From positions 31,693-95,692 of the forward strand of contig JBELIP010000006.1 in assembly GCA_042090785.1 (NCBI GenBank): DNA of 64,000 nt, given 5' to 3'. Position numbers and translations under genes: made by a program. Below the pieces are notes generated by a model. The model ran no database searches. It saw only the letters and a list, made by a program, of their open reading frames with translations, and had not been told where the DNA came from. Of the stretch, positions 1 through 8,572 are shown in pieces. How positions within the stretch are numbered: position 1 is the first letter of the stretch; each line of letters begins with the position of its first letter. Origin of the DNA: Cellvibrionales bacterium (GTDB lineage Bacteria; Pseudomonadota; Gammaproteobacteria; Pseudomonadales; UBA7434).

Positions 1-60
1 AATGGGAAGATTATTACTAACGGCCAGCACGCGACTGGCAGGAGAACTGACGGTATTCAT
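1..60 (-). CDS. N-terminal fragment of an unidentified CDS running off the left edge
   Basis: ATG at 58-60 (minus) opens a frame (MNTVSSPASRVLAVSNNLPI...) that is still open at position 1. Only 20 codons are visible, so no assignment is possible. Confidence 0.25.
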   Translation of the reverse strand, partial: MNTVSSPASRVLAVSNNLPI

Positions 61-133
61 GAATGTTTTACTCTCGAGCGTGAAAAGCGGCACAGTATAA
101 AACAGCCGTTAGTTGATCGCTAGAGGGAGAAGG

Positions 134-1030
134 TTAATTAACAGGGTAGATATCAAATCTTGTCGCTTTGCCGGTTAATGATGATGCGGGCTTTAAACCA
201 CCAAGCCACTCGGCGCCGGGGGCGCGCTTAACAACCACCTTGCTTTTAGCTAGCTTTAAAGCGGCTTCTATCAGCCCTTGGCCGTCACTGTTCTGGGCTG
301 CATTATTCGCCTGCCCCGCATTAGCTGCGCTTTGATAAGTTGTCAGGCGTTGCAAAAAAGCCATATTTTTTTTAACAGCGGCGGTTTTCTTTAAGCCGCG
401 CTTGGTCTCAATGTCGGCATGCGCATACATAGGGTCTAAATAAACCACATCAGGACGACTATCAGACCACTGCTCCATTAAGGTACCACTATTAGCCTCT
501 ATAACCGTCATCCGTTCTGCCGCCGATGATAATAGCTCGCTGGCATTCATCGTGGCACGCTGTACAGCCTGCTCTAACAAATAAGCGAGTAAGGGCATTT
601 GTTCAACTAAGATCACACGACAGCCTGCCGCGGCCAGTAAAAAAGCGTCATAACCAAACCCCGCGGTAGCATCCAATACCGTTAAGGGCTGCGCTATTTT
701 TTTACGACCCAGCACAGCTCTAATAACATACTCACCTTGCAATCCCGGACTATTCACTCTCGCATAAAAACGTGGTTCAGCAAAATCAACACTGACAATC
801 GCCCCGCCGCTATCTAAATGCACACGCCATTGGCCATCGGTCAATATAATTTTTATTGCGTCAGCATAGTTAGCTATTTGAGAAGGCGCTATAACAGCTA
901 ACCCACAACGCTGCGCTAACTGCTCTACAAACAACTGTGCTTGAGTGTTATTTTTATTCTCAGCTAAATTCGAATCAAAAACGATATAAGCTAAAGGTTT
1001 GGCAGGTTGAATGTCGACTGTATTACTCAC
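134..1030 (-). CDS. rsmJ: 16S rRNA (guanine1516-N2)-methyltransferase RsmJ (YhiQ family)
   Basis: 298-aa ORF. The SAM-binding block VLDATAGFGYDAFLLAAAGCRV and the C-terminal VVVKRAPGA...RFDIY follow the E. coli RsmJ pattern. The GTG start overlaps the stop of the upstream kinase gene (GTGA). It carries a Q/A/N-rich insertion relative to E. coli RsmJ. Confidence 0.8.
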   Translation of the reverse strand: MSNTVDIQPAKPLAYIVFDSNLAENKNNTQAQLFVEQLAQRCGLAVIAPSQIANYADAIKIILTDGQWRVHLDSGGAIVSVDFAEPRFYARVNSPGLQGEYVIRAVLGRKKIAQPLTVLDATAGFGYDAFLLAAAGCRVILVEQMPLLAYLLEQAVQRATMNASELLSSAAERMTVIEANSGTLMEQWSDSRPDVVYLDPMYAHADIETKRGLKKTAAVKKNMAFLQRLTTYQSAANAGQANNAAQNSDGQGLIEAALKLAKSKVVVKRAPGAEWLGGLKPASSLTGKATRFDIYPVN

Positions 1031-3411
1031 TTGTTAGCACTGCCAACCCATTTTTGCGTCATCGCGGCCAAATCTTCTACCTTAAACGGCTTACTCAAAA
1101 AATCATTCATACCCGCATCAAAACAATGAATTCTATCTTGCGGATCAATGTTTGCTGTCATAGCTACAATTGGAATACGCGACTTTTCACCATCCATTTG
1201 TCGAATAGCACGTGATGCATCATAACCATTCATTTTTGGCATTTGGCAGTCCATATAAATCAAATCAAAATGCTGATTACTCACCGCATCTAACGCTTCT
1301 AAACCTGTTTCGGCTACGACAATATGACAACCCAATTTATCAAGCATTGCTTTAGCAACACGCTTATTCACCATATTATCCTCCACCAGCAAAATAGCAT
1401 AATCAGAAAGGTCTGCAGGGTGATAAATATTATCGGCTGAATGCTGAGGCTGATCTAATTTTAAAAAACTCAGCATAGCTAATGAAAAGGCGTTGGCACG
1501 CAAGGGCGGTCTTGTTTGTAATATATTGTCTGTTATTGTTACATCACTACTCACGGTTCTTGAAACAATAATTGTATTAAGGCTATAACGCTTAACGAAT
1601 ACTTCAACCTCATCCCATACATTTTCAAAGCGCTCATCGACCGAGCAATACAGCATTAGTGTTGGCATTGTAGTTATGCCACCTTTTTCTCGCCCCAAAC
1701 GATCTAACGAAGCGACTAAGCACTTAATATCAATAAAAATAACTGCTTCCATTTGATAAAAGTCACAAAGACTTTGGCATGCTTTACCAATTTCAACGGT
1801 GCTACCATAAACAATTATTGGTTGAGCAAGTAACGGGGAGGACTGCTCTTCTGACAAACTACTTGATAACTCAGGACGATAAGAAAACGGAATGCGCACA
1901 TAAAACTCGCTGCCTGAATTTAACTCACTATGAACACCAATATCGCCATGTAACAGTTCAGCTAATTTTTCACAAATAGATAACCCAAGACCGGTACCAC
2001 TGTACTTTCTCGTCATTGAGCCATCACTTTGTGAGTACGGCAAAAATATTGTATGCAAATCTTTTTCGGATATGCCAATTCCTGTGTCACGCACCGCCAA
2101 ACGAATCCATAATTTCCCTTGCGCATCAACCTCTTTTACCGCACTAATCAAAACTGAACCATGATCGGTAAATTTAATTGCGTTGTTAATTAAATTATTG
2201 AGCAACTGCCGCAGCTTATTAGGATCAGATTCAACCACTAACGGCAAAGCGCTATCGTAGTCTGTTAATATATCAAGACTTGCAGCATCCGCTGACTGCG
2301 CATGTAAAAACATTAATTCTTCTAATAATTGATGCAAATCAAATTCGATATTACTTAACTCAGATTGATCTAGTGATAGGCGCGAAAAATCTAATATATC
2401 GTTGATCAAAATCATCAATGCTTCGCTCGATGATTCTGCTAATGTAATTAATTCTTTTTGGTCACGATTAAGACCTATATCGCCGAGTAAATTAAGCGTA
2501 CCAAGAATACCGTTAAGTGGAGTACGAATTTCATGACTAACGTTAGCAGCAAATTCAGATTTCAATTTCGCAGCCGCCAACGCATGGTCACGAGCTGTAG
2601 CTAGCTGAAGCTCTCTATCTTCGAGCACCTCCATCATTTGGTTAAAAGCATTACTTAATTGCTGCGTTTCTTTCGAGCCAGATAAATCAACGCGAAGATT
2701 GTTCCGCTCGCCCCTAGCCCCCGAAGCCATTGTTTCAACAAATTCTTCTAACGGCCTTGTTAAAGCACCACTTAAACCATTTAGCGCTAACACTAGTACT
2801 GTGGCACCAATTAACAATACGACAACGTTACCAAGAATAATATTATATCGTGCACTGTATAGCTGATCTTTAGCAATCAGCACTCTTACCCGACCAATTT
2901 TCTGCTCTTGTTTTCGTGTTGCCTCTAGGTCTTCTAATTCTGGCTCAGCGCTATCCGATTGCACCACACTCGAAAACTGCCAATAATCTTGCCCATCATA
3001 TTCCAATACAGCAACAGAATTATCACTCGCCTGCTTTTGTAATTCTGGCGATAACGTTTCAACCCAAGGAATAAAATTACCTGACTCTGCAAGCAAAACA
3101 TCTTCTAGCTCATAAATAGCCACTTGTGTAACACTAGGAAAAGAATGAACAACTTCAATTGCTTGCTTAGCAAAAGCAGGACTGCCAAGCAGCACGGGCA
3201 ATGAACTTTGTTTTGCCAATACGCCGGTTATGTTTTTTCCATTTTGAATAAAATTATTAGTAAGCGATTGGTTAATAATAATAGAGGTACCAATTGACAC
3301 ACTTAGCACCATGACGAACATGCCTAAGGCTACCAATAAGGTAAGCTGAGAACCGAGATGTCGATCAGAGACGACCGCACCATTAGAAACACTATCCTTT
3401 GCTTTAAGCAT
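1027..3411 (-). CDS. Hybrid sensor histidine kinase/response regulator (2 TM + sensor loop, HAMP, HisKA, HATPase_c, degenerate linker domain, REC)
   Basis: 794-aa ORF. H-box SHEIRTPLNGI; ATPase boxes NLINNAIKFT, RDTGIGI, GTGLGLSI; C-terminal receiver with DLIYMDCQMPKMNG ... VAMTA ... SKPF. Confidence 0.9.
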   Translation of the reverse strand: MLKAKDSVSNGAVVSDRHLGSQLTLLVALGMFVMVLSVSIGTSIIINQSLTNNFIQNGKNITGVLAKQSSLPVLLGSPAFAKQAIEVVHSFPSVTQVAIYELEDVLLAESGNFIPWVETLSPELQKQASDNSVAVLEYDGQDYWQFSSVVQSDSAEPELEDLEATRKQEQKIGRVRVLIAKDQLYSARYNIILGNVVVLLIGATVLVLALNGLSGALTRPLEEFVETMASGARGERNNLRVDLSGSKETQQLSNAFNQMMEVLEDRELQLATARDHALAAAKLKSEFAANVSHEIRTPLNGILGTLNLLGDIGLNRDQKELITLAESSSEALMILINDILDFSRLSLDQSELSNIEFDLHQLLEELMFLHAQSADAASLDILTDYDSALPLVVESDPNKLRQLLNNLINNAIKFTDHGSVLISAVKEVDAQGKLWIRLAVRDTGIGISEKDLHTIFLPYSQSDGSMTRKYSGTGLGLSICEKLAELLHGDIGVHSELNSGSEFYVRIPFSYRPELSSSLSEEQSSPLLAQPIIVYGSTVEIGKACQSLCDFYQMEAVIFIDIKCLVASLDRLGREKGGITTMPTLMLYCSVDERFENVWDEVEVFVKRYSLNTIIVSRTVSSDVTITDNILQTRPPLRANAFSLAMLSFLKLDQPQHSADNIYHPADLSDYAILLVEDNMVNKRVAKAMLDKLGCHIVVAETGLEALDAVSNQHFDLIYMDCQMPKMNGYDASRAIRQMDGEKSRIPIVAMTANIDPQDRIHCFDAGMNDFLSKPFKVEDLAAMTQKWVGSANK

Positions 3412-3429
3412 TTTCTGCTATCCAATTAA

Positions 3430-3699
3430 TTAGATAAACTCTAATCCCATGCCTTCATCTGAGACATGGGCAACACGCATACGCACAGGATCAGAGTTGA
3501 GCGTGCCAGTATGACGCTTAATAGTTACGCGGACTTCGGTATTAACCGGTGGTAATATCTGCGTACCACGCAGAGCAAAAAAACCGCCTTTAGACGCATT
3601 TTTTGCTTTTAAAGAAATAACACCTAACGCCGGATGCTGTATGTCTAACTGCGCTTCACTAGCAACACGCGGATACCTTCTATTTTTATTAATATCCAT
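3430..3699 (-). CDS. PilZ domain protein (putative c-di-GMP receptor)
   Basis: 89-aa ORF with both PilZ signature motifs: RRYPR (RxxxR) near the N-terminus and NASKGG ((D/N)xSxxG). It ends 18 nt upstream of the kinase start. Confidence 0.7.
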   Translation of the reverse strand: MDINKNRRYPRVASEAQLDIQHPALGVISLKAKNASKGGFFALRGTQILPPVNTEVRVTIKRHTGTLNSDPVRMRVAHVSDEGMGLEFI

Positions 3700-3723
3700 A
3701 ATGCCTTCTTGACCAGTGTTAAG

Positions 3724-4515
3724 TTAACTGATTTGCAGCCAATCAAACCCTGTGTCTTGGTCTGCTACTAAAATACGCTCATGATAAGGAAAAACATCTT
3801 GTAGTGCTTCTAGCGCCAGTGTCTCTGTATTATTTTGCTGACTTATATGTGCAACCACTAACCATTGTATTTTTTCATGGTTAAAGTTAGACAGCAAATT
3901 ACGCGCTTGATGATTACTTAAGTGCCCCCAATCACCCAAAACGCGCTGCTTAAGACTATAGGGATAAGAACCTGCCTCTAACATCCCCACATCGTGGTTA
4001 CACTCTAAAACCATGGCATCACAATTACTGTAAGCCTCAATAACGTGCGGTGTATAACTCCCTAAATCGGTTAACACCCCCAAACGTTTTTCACGCGGCA
4101 GTTCACCTGACTCGGCGTTGTTAATGGTAGCGGTTATTACAAACTGACAAGGTTCGCGGGCATCGTGCGGAACCACCACCGGCTGCACCGACAGGCCGCC
4201 AATATTAATGGACGAAAAATTATCAATTAAGGTGAATTGAGGTAACTCATGACAGCCACTTTTCACGGCTGTGCCATGCGTCATATAAACCGGCAGCGAA
4301 TGTTTTCGCGCCAAAGCTTTAACACCTTTAATATGGTCGCCATGTTCGTGAGTAATAAAGGCCGCATGCAAATCATTGAGGGCTAAATCAAGCCGCTCTA
4401 GGCCGGCCGTTAAATTGCGTAAGGTAATGCCGCAATCAATAAGAATCCGCGCTCCTGCTGACTCAACAATTAACGCGTTACCACGACTACCACTGCCGAG
4501 GGAAGCAAATCTCAT
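3724..4515 (-). CDS. MBL-fold metallo-hydrolase
   Basis: Motif HEHGDH and the typical N-terminus MRFASLGSGSRGNALIVE. The start is placed at the ATG at 4515 rather than the ORF-track start 4623, which would overlap bamC and add non-conserved residues. Confidence 0.8.
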   Translation of the reverse strand: MRFASLGSGSRGNALIVESAGARILIDCGITLRNLTAGLERLDLALNDLHAAFITHEHGDHIKGVKALARKHSLPVYMTHGTAVKSGCHELPQFTLIDNFSSINIGGLSVQPVVVPHDAREPCQFVITATINNAESGELPREKRLGVLTDLGSYTPHVIEAYSNCDAMVLECNHDVGMLEAGSYPYSLKQRVLGDWGHLSNHQARNLLSNFNHEKIQWLVVAHISQQNNTETLALEALQDVFPYHERILVADQDTGFDWLQIS

Positions 4516-4540
4516 AAATGACCAACATAAGGCTGATGCA

Positions 4541-5716
4541 CTAGGATAATTTACCTTGAATACGGCGCAACAAAAACGCCTGCTCATTAGTGCGTAAGTC
4601 AGGCGATGTCTCGCGCTGCACATAAATAATTAATGCACTACCATCATGCTTGGCTTGCACGGTTAAAGGGTCAATCTCATTATCAGGCAATGGTTGCTGG
4701 TCTTTATCAATTCCTAGCACGCGCTTGAAAAAGCCTCTTTTCTTAGCTTTTTTTGCTTTTGGAACTGAGTACACATAATACACGCCGGCACTGCGATTTA
4801 AGTCACTCACTTCAAAAGACGCTTTACGGAGTGCTAAACCCAGCGATGCCCAAGCTCGATCAAAGGGAAGATATAACGCTAAGTAAGGGCGACCATCAGC
4901 GTCATAATGCAATATCACACGGCTCGCTGAGCCAATACCTTGCGCTAACAATGAATGTGATGGCTGGCTGGGTGAACTAGCTAAATGCTCTGAAAGCAAT
5001 TTCACCATGTTATCTTCGCGGATTTTTAAACTCGATGTTTGACTCCAACTGGGCGCAGTCGCTACCGATTCGTTGGCTGCAACTGATCGCTGAGTAATAG
5101 CAATTTCAGTGGTATTTTCTTGCACTCCCGCTTTTAATTTAAAACGAAACTGCTCTTTAATTGATGGTGTGTTGGGCCGTCTTTCACTATTCTTAGAAAA
5201 AGTGAGATTAGCGAGGTCAATATCTGCTAATACCGAAGTATCGATTAATGAAGAAGATAACCAATCGGTTTCAATTAAGCCAAGCGTTCCATCAGCCGTG
5301 GCCAGCGCAATATTATTAGTTAATAAAAAATTAGACACTAACGGCCAAACTTCACTGGGAGATGCATTAATAAGAATCCATTGCTGCTGCTCAAAGCGCT
5401 GTACTCTAACACTGCCTTTATTATCGACCGTATCCAAAGGCTCAACTCTAGGCACTTCAAATTTAGCAGGTAGAACTTGTGACAAAGCTAACTCAGGGAT
5501 GGGATAATCGTTGCGAATATTTTCTGCAGTCATACCCTCAGGTAAGACAATATCAGCCGATTCTTGCGCCTCTAAATAATCGTTATTACGATCAGGGAAA
5601 AACCCTTCGTCACCAAACAACCGACTGCAGCCCGAGACTGAAAATACGCTGGCTAATAACAATAATTTAATCATCAAGACGGTGTTATCAGGGAAAATAA
5701 TTTTTAAAAGTTTCAT
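4541..5716 (-). CDS. bamC: Outer membrane protein assembly factor BamC (NlpB-like lipoprotein)
   Basis: Lipobox ...SVSGC. It lies immediately downstream of dapA, the conserved dapA-bamC synteny. An alternative start at 5674 (MIKLLLLASVFSVSGC) gives a canonical lipoprotein signal. Confidence 0.65.
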   Translation of the reverse strand: MKLLKIIFPDNTVLMIKLLLLASVFSVSGCSRLFGDEGFFPDRNNDYLEAQESADIVLPEGMTAENIRNDYPIPELALSQVLPAKFEVPRVEPLDTVDNKGSVRVQRFEQQQWILINASPSEVWPLVSNFLLTNNIALATADGTLGLIETDWLSSSLIDTSVLADIDLANLTFSKNSERRPNTPSIKEQFRFKLKAGVQENTTEIAITQRSVAANESVATAPSWSQTSSLKIREDNMVKLLSEHLASSPSQPSHSLLAQGIGSASRVILHYDADGRPYLALYLPFDRAWASLGLALRKASFEVSDLNRSAGVYYVYSVPKAKKAKKRGFFKRVLGIDKDQQPLPDNEIDPLTVQAKHDGSALIIYVQRETSPDLRTNEQAFLLRRIQGKLS

Positions 5717-5770
5717 GCAACAGTTTCCATATACGATATTATCGATAGAAGTAGACTAGGCGCGCTGGAT

Positions 5771-6688
5771 TTAATTCTCCGAAATAACCGACTCACTTGA
5801 AATGCCGGCTTGCGCTAATGCCGCTTCTATTTTCGCCTGGTACTGCATATCCAAAACAGTTAAAGGCAAGCGAATGCCCTTTCCCACTAAGCCCATTTTA
5901 TGCAGCGCCCATTTTACCGGAATAGGATTCGCTTCAATAAATAAATCATTATTTAACGTCACGAAAGCTTGATTTAAATCACGAGCAAGCTGCTTGTCTT
6001 GCTCGCTTCCGGTACTTGCAACCATAGCTAAACGACATAGCTCTGCCATTTGCCGCGGCGCAACATTGGCGGTCACCGAAATATTACCTGCACCACCCAT
6101 TAACATTAATTCAACTGCCGTAGCATCATCACCTGAATAAACGGAGATTTTATCGCCACAACTCGCTAATAACTCTGCACCACGCGCAAGATCTCCCGTA
6201 GCATCTTTAACACCAACAATATTCGGTAATTCAGCCAGGCGTGCCGTTGTTGAAGCCAGCATATCAACCGCTGTTCGGCCGGGAACATTGTATAAAATAT
6301 TAGGAATATCGACCGCTTCGGCAATGGTTTTATGATGCAGATACAAGCCTTCTTGCGTAGGCTTGTTGTAGTAAGGCGTCACCGTCAAACAGGCATCTGC
6401 CCCAACCCGATGAGCCGCTTGAGTGAGCTCAATAGCCTCAGAAGTTGAGTTAGCACCTGTGCCCGCTATAACCGAAATGCGCCCAGCCGCCGTATCAACC
6501 ACCGATTTAATGACGGTGTGATGTTCTTCCACATTCAACGTAGCAGACTCACCGGTAGTGCCTACGGCCACAATGGCATTAGTGCCTTCGCTGACATGCC
6601 AATTAACCAATTGCTGCAATGCGGCATAATCGACACTGCCATCATCTAACATGGGTGTGACAAGTGCCACGATACTGCCTGAAATCAT
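5771..6688 (-). CDS. dapA: 4-hydroxy-tetrahydrodipicolinate synthase
   Basis: 305-aa ORF. GSIVALVTPM ... AVGTTGES ... YNVPGRT are hallmark DapA blocks. Confidence 0.95.
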   Translation of the reverse strand: MISGSIVALVTPMLDDGSVDYAALQQLVNWHVSEGTNAIVAVGTTGESATLNVEEHHTVIKSVVDTAAGRISVIAGTGANSTSEAIELTQAAHRVGADACLTVTPYYNKPTQEGLYLHHKTIAEAVDIPNILYNVPGRTAVDMLASTTARLAELPNIVGVKDATGDLARGAELLASCGDKISVYSGDDATAVELMLMGGAGNISVTANVAPRQMAELCRLAMVASTGSEQDKQLARDLNQAFVTLNNDLFIEANPIPVKWALHKMGLVGKGIRLPLTVLDMQYQAKIEAALAQAGISSESVISEN

Positions 6689-7015
6689 TGATTCTTTCCC
6701 CAGAATGACTGAATCGCGACACTCAAAAAGCCCATATAAACACCACTTGAATAAGCGCCGAAACGAGCGCTAAATGAAGACGCGAATTACCCGCGCCATG
6801 TTACTGAGGCGGGCAAGCCAGCACAAGGCTTAAGGGCTTAGATTAGGTAAAATCCTGCCTTCAAAACCGATAATAAAGACTTTAAAGCAAGCCAGTGAAA
6901 GTCTGCTGGTGTAAACTGGCTCTACGCGCCATTAAAGGCGGCTGTCAAACCGCCTAAACTACGCTATCAATATTGAAAAATTTAAGTTCAAATTAGCCTC
7001 ACCGGATTTAAAACG

Positions 7016-7567
7016 ATGGAATACACTCTAAAAGCCTCCACTCTGCTCTATCAACAAAGCGTGCTGTTTTTACTAATGCTGACAAGCCTCCTATTACCGC
7101 TTAATGCCCAAGGATTTGGCGATAAAACAGCAGATCAACCAACCTTTCGTCAATTTGATGAGGCGGATAAAAAATATTTGCAACAAGGACGCGACCGTAT
7201 TAACGAACTGACTCGCCGTCATTTTGGCAGCGCGCTGCAACAGCAGCAGGCGCACGATATCGCCTTACTCCAGCGACTTCTCGACAACAAGCATGTCACC
7301 GCAAAGGACCGACGGTTACTTCAAGATATGGGAATCATATTGGGTGATTTATTGATGCAGCAATTCAACTTACGCTGGATTATCTATGCCGACAAATACG
7401 GGGTTTCTCGCGCCTTGCAACTCAAACATAGCGAAAACGTTTTATTTCCCATTACAATGATTTCGCGACGCGCAGAAGTAGGCGTAAGTGTAGAGATAGC
7501 TGAACTTTACAACAAAGCAGCAGAAAGAATTGCCGCCTACAAAGCCGCCGCCAGACGTTTTTATTAG
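7016..7567 (+). CDS. Hypothetical secreted protein (possibly DUF3806-like)
   Basis: 183-aa ORF with an N-terminal hydrophobic signal-like segment (LLMLTSLLLPLNAQG). No catalytic motif recognised. Confidence 0.5.
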   Translation: MEYTLKASTLLYQQSVLFLLMLTSLLLPLNAQGFGDKTADQPTFRQFDEADKKYLQQGRDRINELTRRHFGSALQQQQAHDIALLQRLLDNKHVTAKDRRLLQDMGIILGDLLMQQFNLRWIIYADKYGVSRALQLKHSENVLFPITMISRRAEVGVSVEIAELYNKAAERIAAYKAAARRFY

Positions 7568-7592
7568 TACAGTATCTCTAGATCTCTAGTCT

Positions 7593-8141
7593 CTACTGGC
7601 TAGTATTACTGACGGGCGCCATTGTCTTGGTCGTTGCTTTAACCGCTGTTTTGCTCGCTGCTTTGCTCGCTGTTTTAGCTATTTTTTTGCCGCTCTTATT
7701 TTTTTCAGCTCTCGCTTTTACCGCCGCCAAGCTCAGTCGGTATTTCGCCTCATTGACCTTGGCTGATTCCATCTCTTCAACCAATTGAGCCGTTTTTTCA
7801 TCTAAAATATAGTGCGCACCCACTAAGCCTAAAACACTTAATTGTTTATTAAAGTTTTCAATTACTCTGGCCACAACCTTAGACAAACGTGAAGGGCTTA
7901 CGCCCTCCGCCTTCATTTCTGTTGCTGTCATACCATCCACTAAAAACTGGCGGGCAACTTTACGGTTCTCGGCTGACATCGTAAGGTCAATCATGGACAC
8001 ATCAAATTGTGTCTGAGTCATAAGTACTTTCATCGCATCAAATATTGGCAAGATTGTTTCCAACTTACCAAGTCCTTGTAATTGCTCAATGTTTTTGAGC
8101 AGAAATTCAACACCACTTTTCACCGACTGCATTATGCCCAC
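7593..8141 (-). CDS. Putative DNA-binding protein: KorA/TrfB-like helix-turn-helix plus Lys/Ala-rich histone-H1-like C-terminal tail
   Basis: 182-aa ORF. The segment VARQFLVDGMTATEMKAEGVSPSRLSKVVARV resembles the KorA/TrfB HTH pattern. The tail is KNKSGKKIAKTASKAASKTAVKATTKT. Confidence 0.45.
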   Translation of the reverse strand: MGIMQSVKSGVEFLLKNIEQLQGLGKLETILPIFDAMKVLMTQTQFDVSMIDLTMSAENRKVARQFLVDGMTATEMKAEGVSPSRLSKVVARVIENFNKQLSVLGLVGAHYILDEKTAQLVEEMESAKVNEAKYRLSLAAVKARAEKNKSGKKIAKTASKAASKTAVKATTKTMAPVSNTSQ

Positions 8142-8572
8142 CTTTCCCTGAATTGCTTAACCACAATTTTATACATTTTGATGTTACTAACTGCTTAAGA
8201 CAGCAGTTATTTGCATAAAAACCAGCGGCATTTAAAAGAAAATTATCGCATTTATTCAACCAAATAATTATTTTTTATGGATAATATTTTCTTTATTTAA
8301 GACCCAGCCAAGGTACTTATTGCTATAAGCTATAATCCATGACATTAAAGTTTTTACATTTGCTCACCTATACAAGGTAGAAAAAACTCACAACACCCTC
8401 TGTTAATACGGAGAAACTAAAATTAATTAAATTTCATGCTAACCATTTTTAATGATTAACTTTAGCTAATAAGACCAAGCAACTAAGATGCTCGCGTATA
8501 ATCTTATCGCTTCACTCAATAACCATTTAAAACCATTTATTACGTCAATTAATTTAAAAGAACAGGAAACTA

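Noticed and set aside
4516-4623. N-terminal extension of the MBL hydrolase ORF overlapping the bamC 3' end
   Set aside because: The extra 36 residues (MCSARHRLTYALMSRRFCC...) are not MBL-like. The conserved N-terminus MRFASLGSGSRGN begins at 4515.
6689-6960. Possible lysine riboswitch upstream of dapA
   Set aside because: I could not find the conserved L-box core elements or the five-helix junction by eye. Lysine riboswitches in gammaproteobacteria are mainly on lysC. Left as an unexplained region only.
7568-7592. Palindromic direct repeat ATCTCTAGATCTCTAGTCTCTA between convergent genes as a terminator
   Set aside because: The stems are very short with 2-nt loops and no U-run. It is probably a fortuitous AGATCT-centred palindrome.
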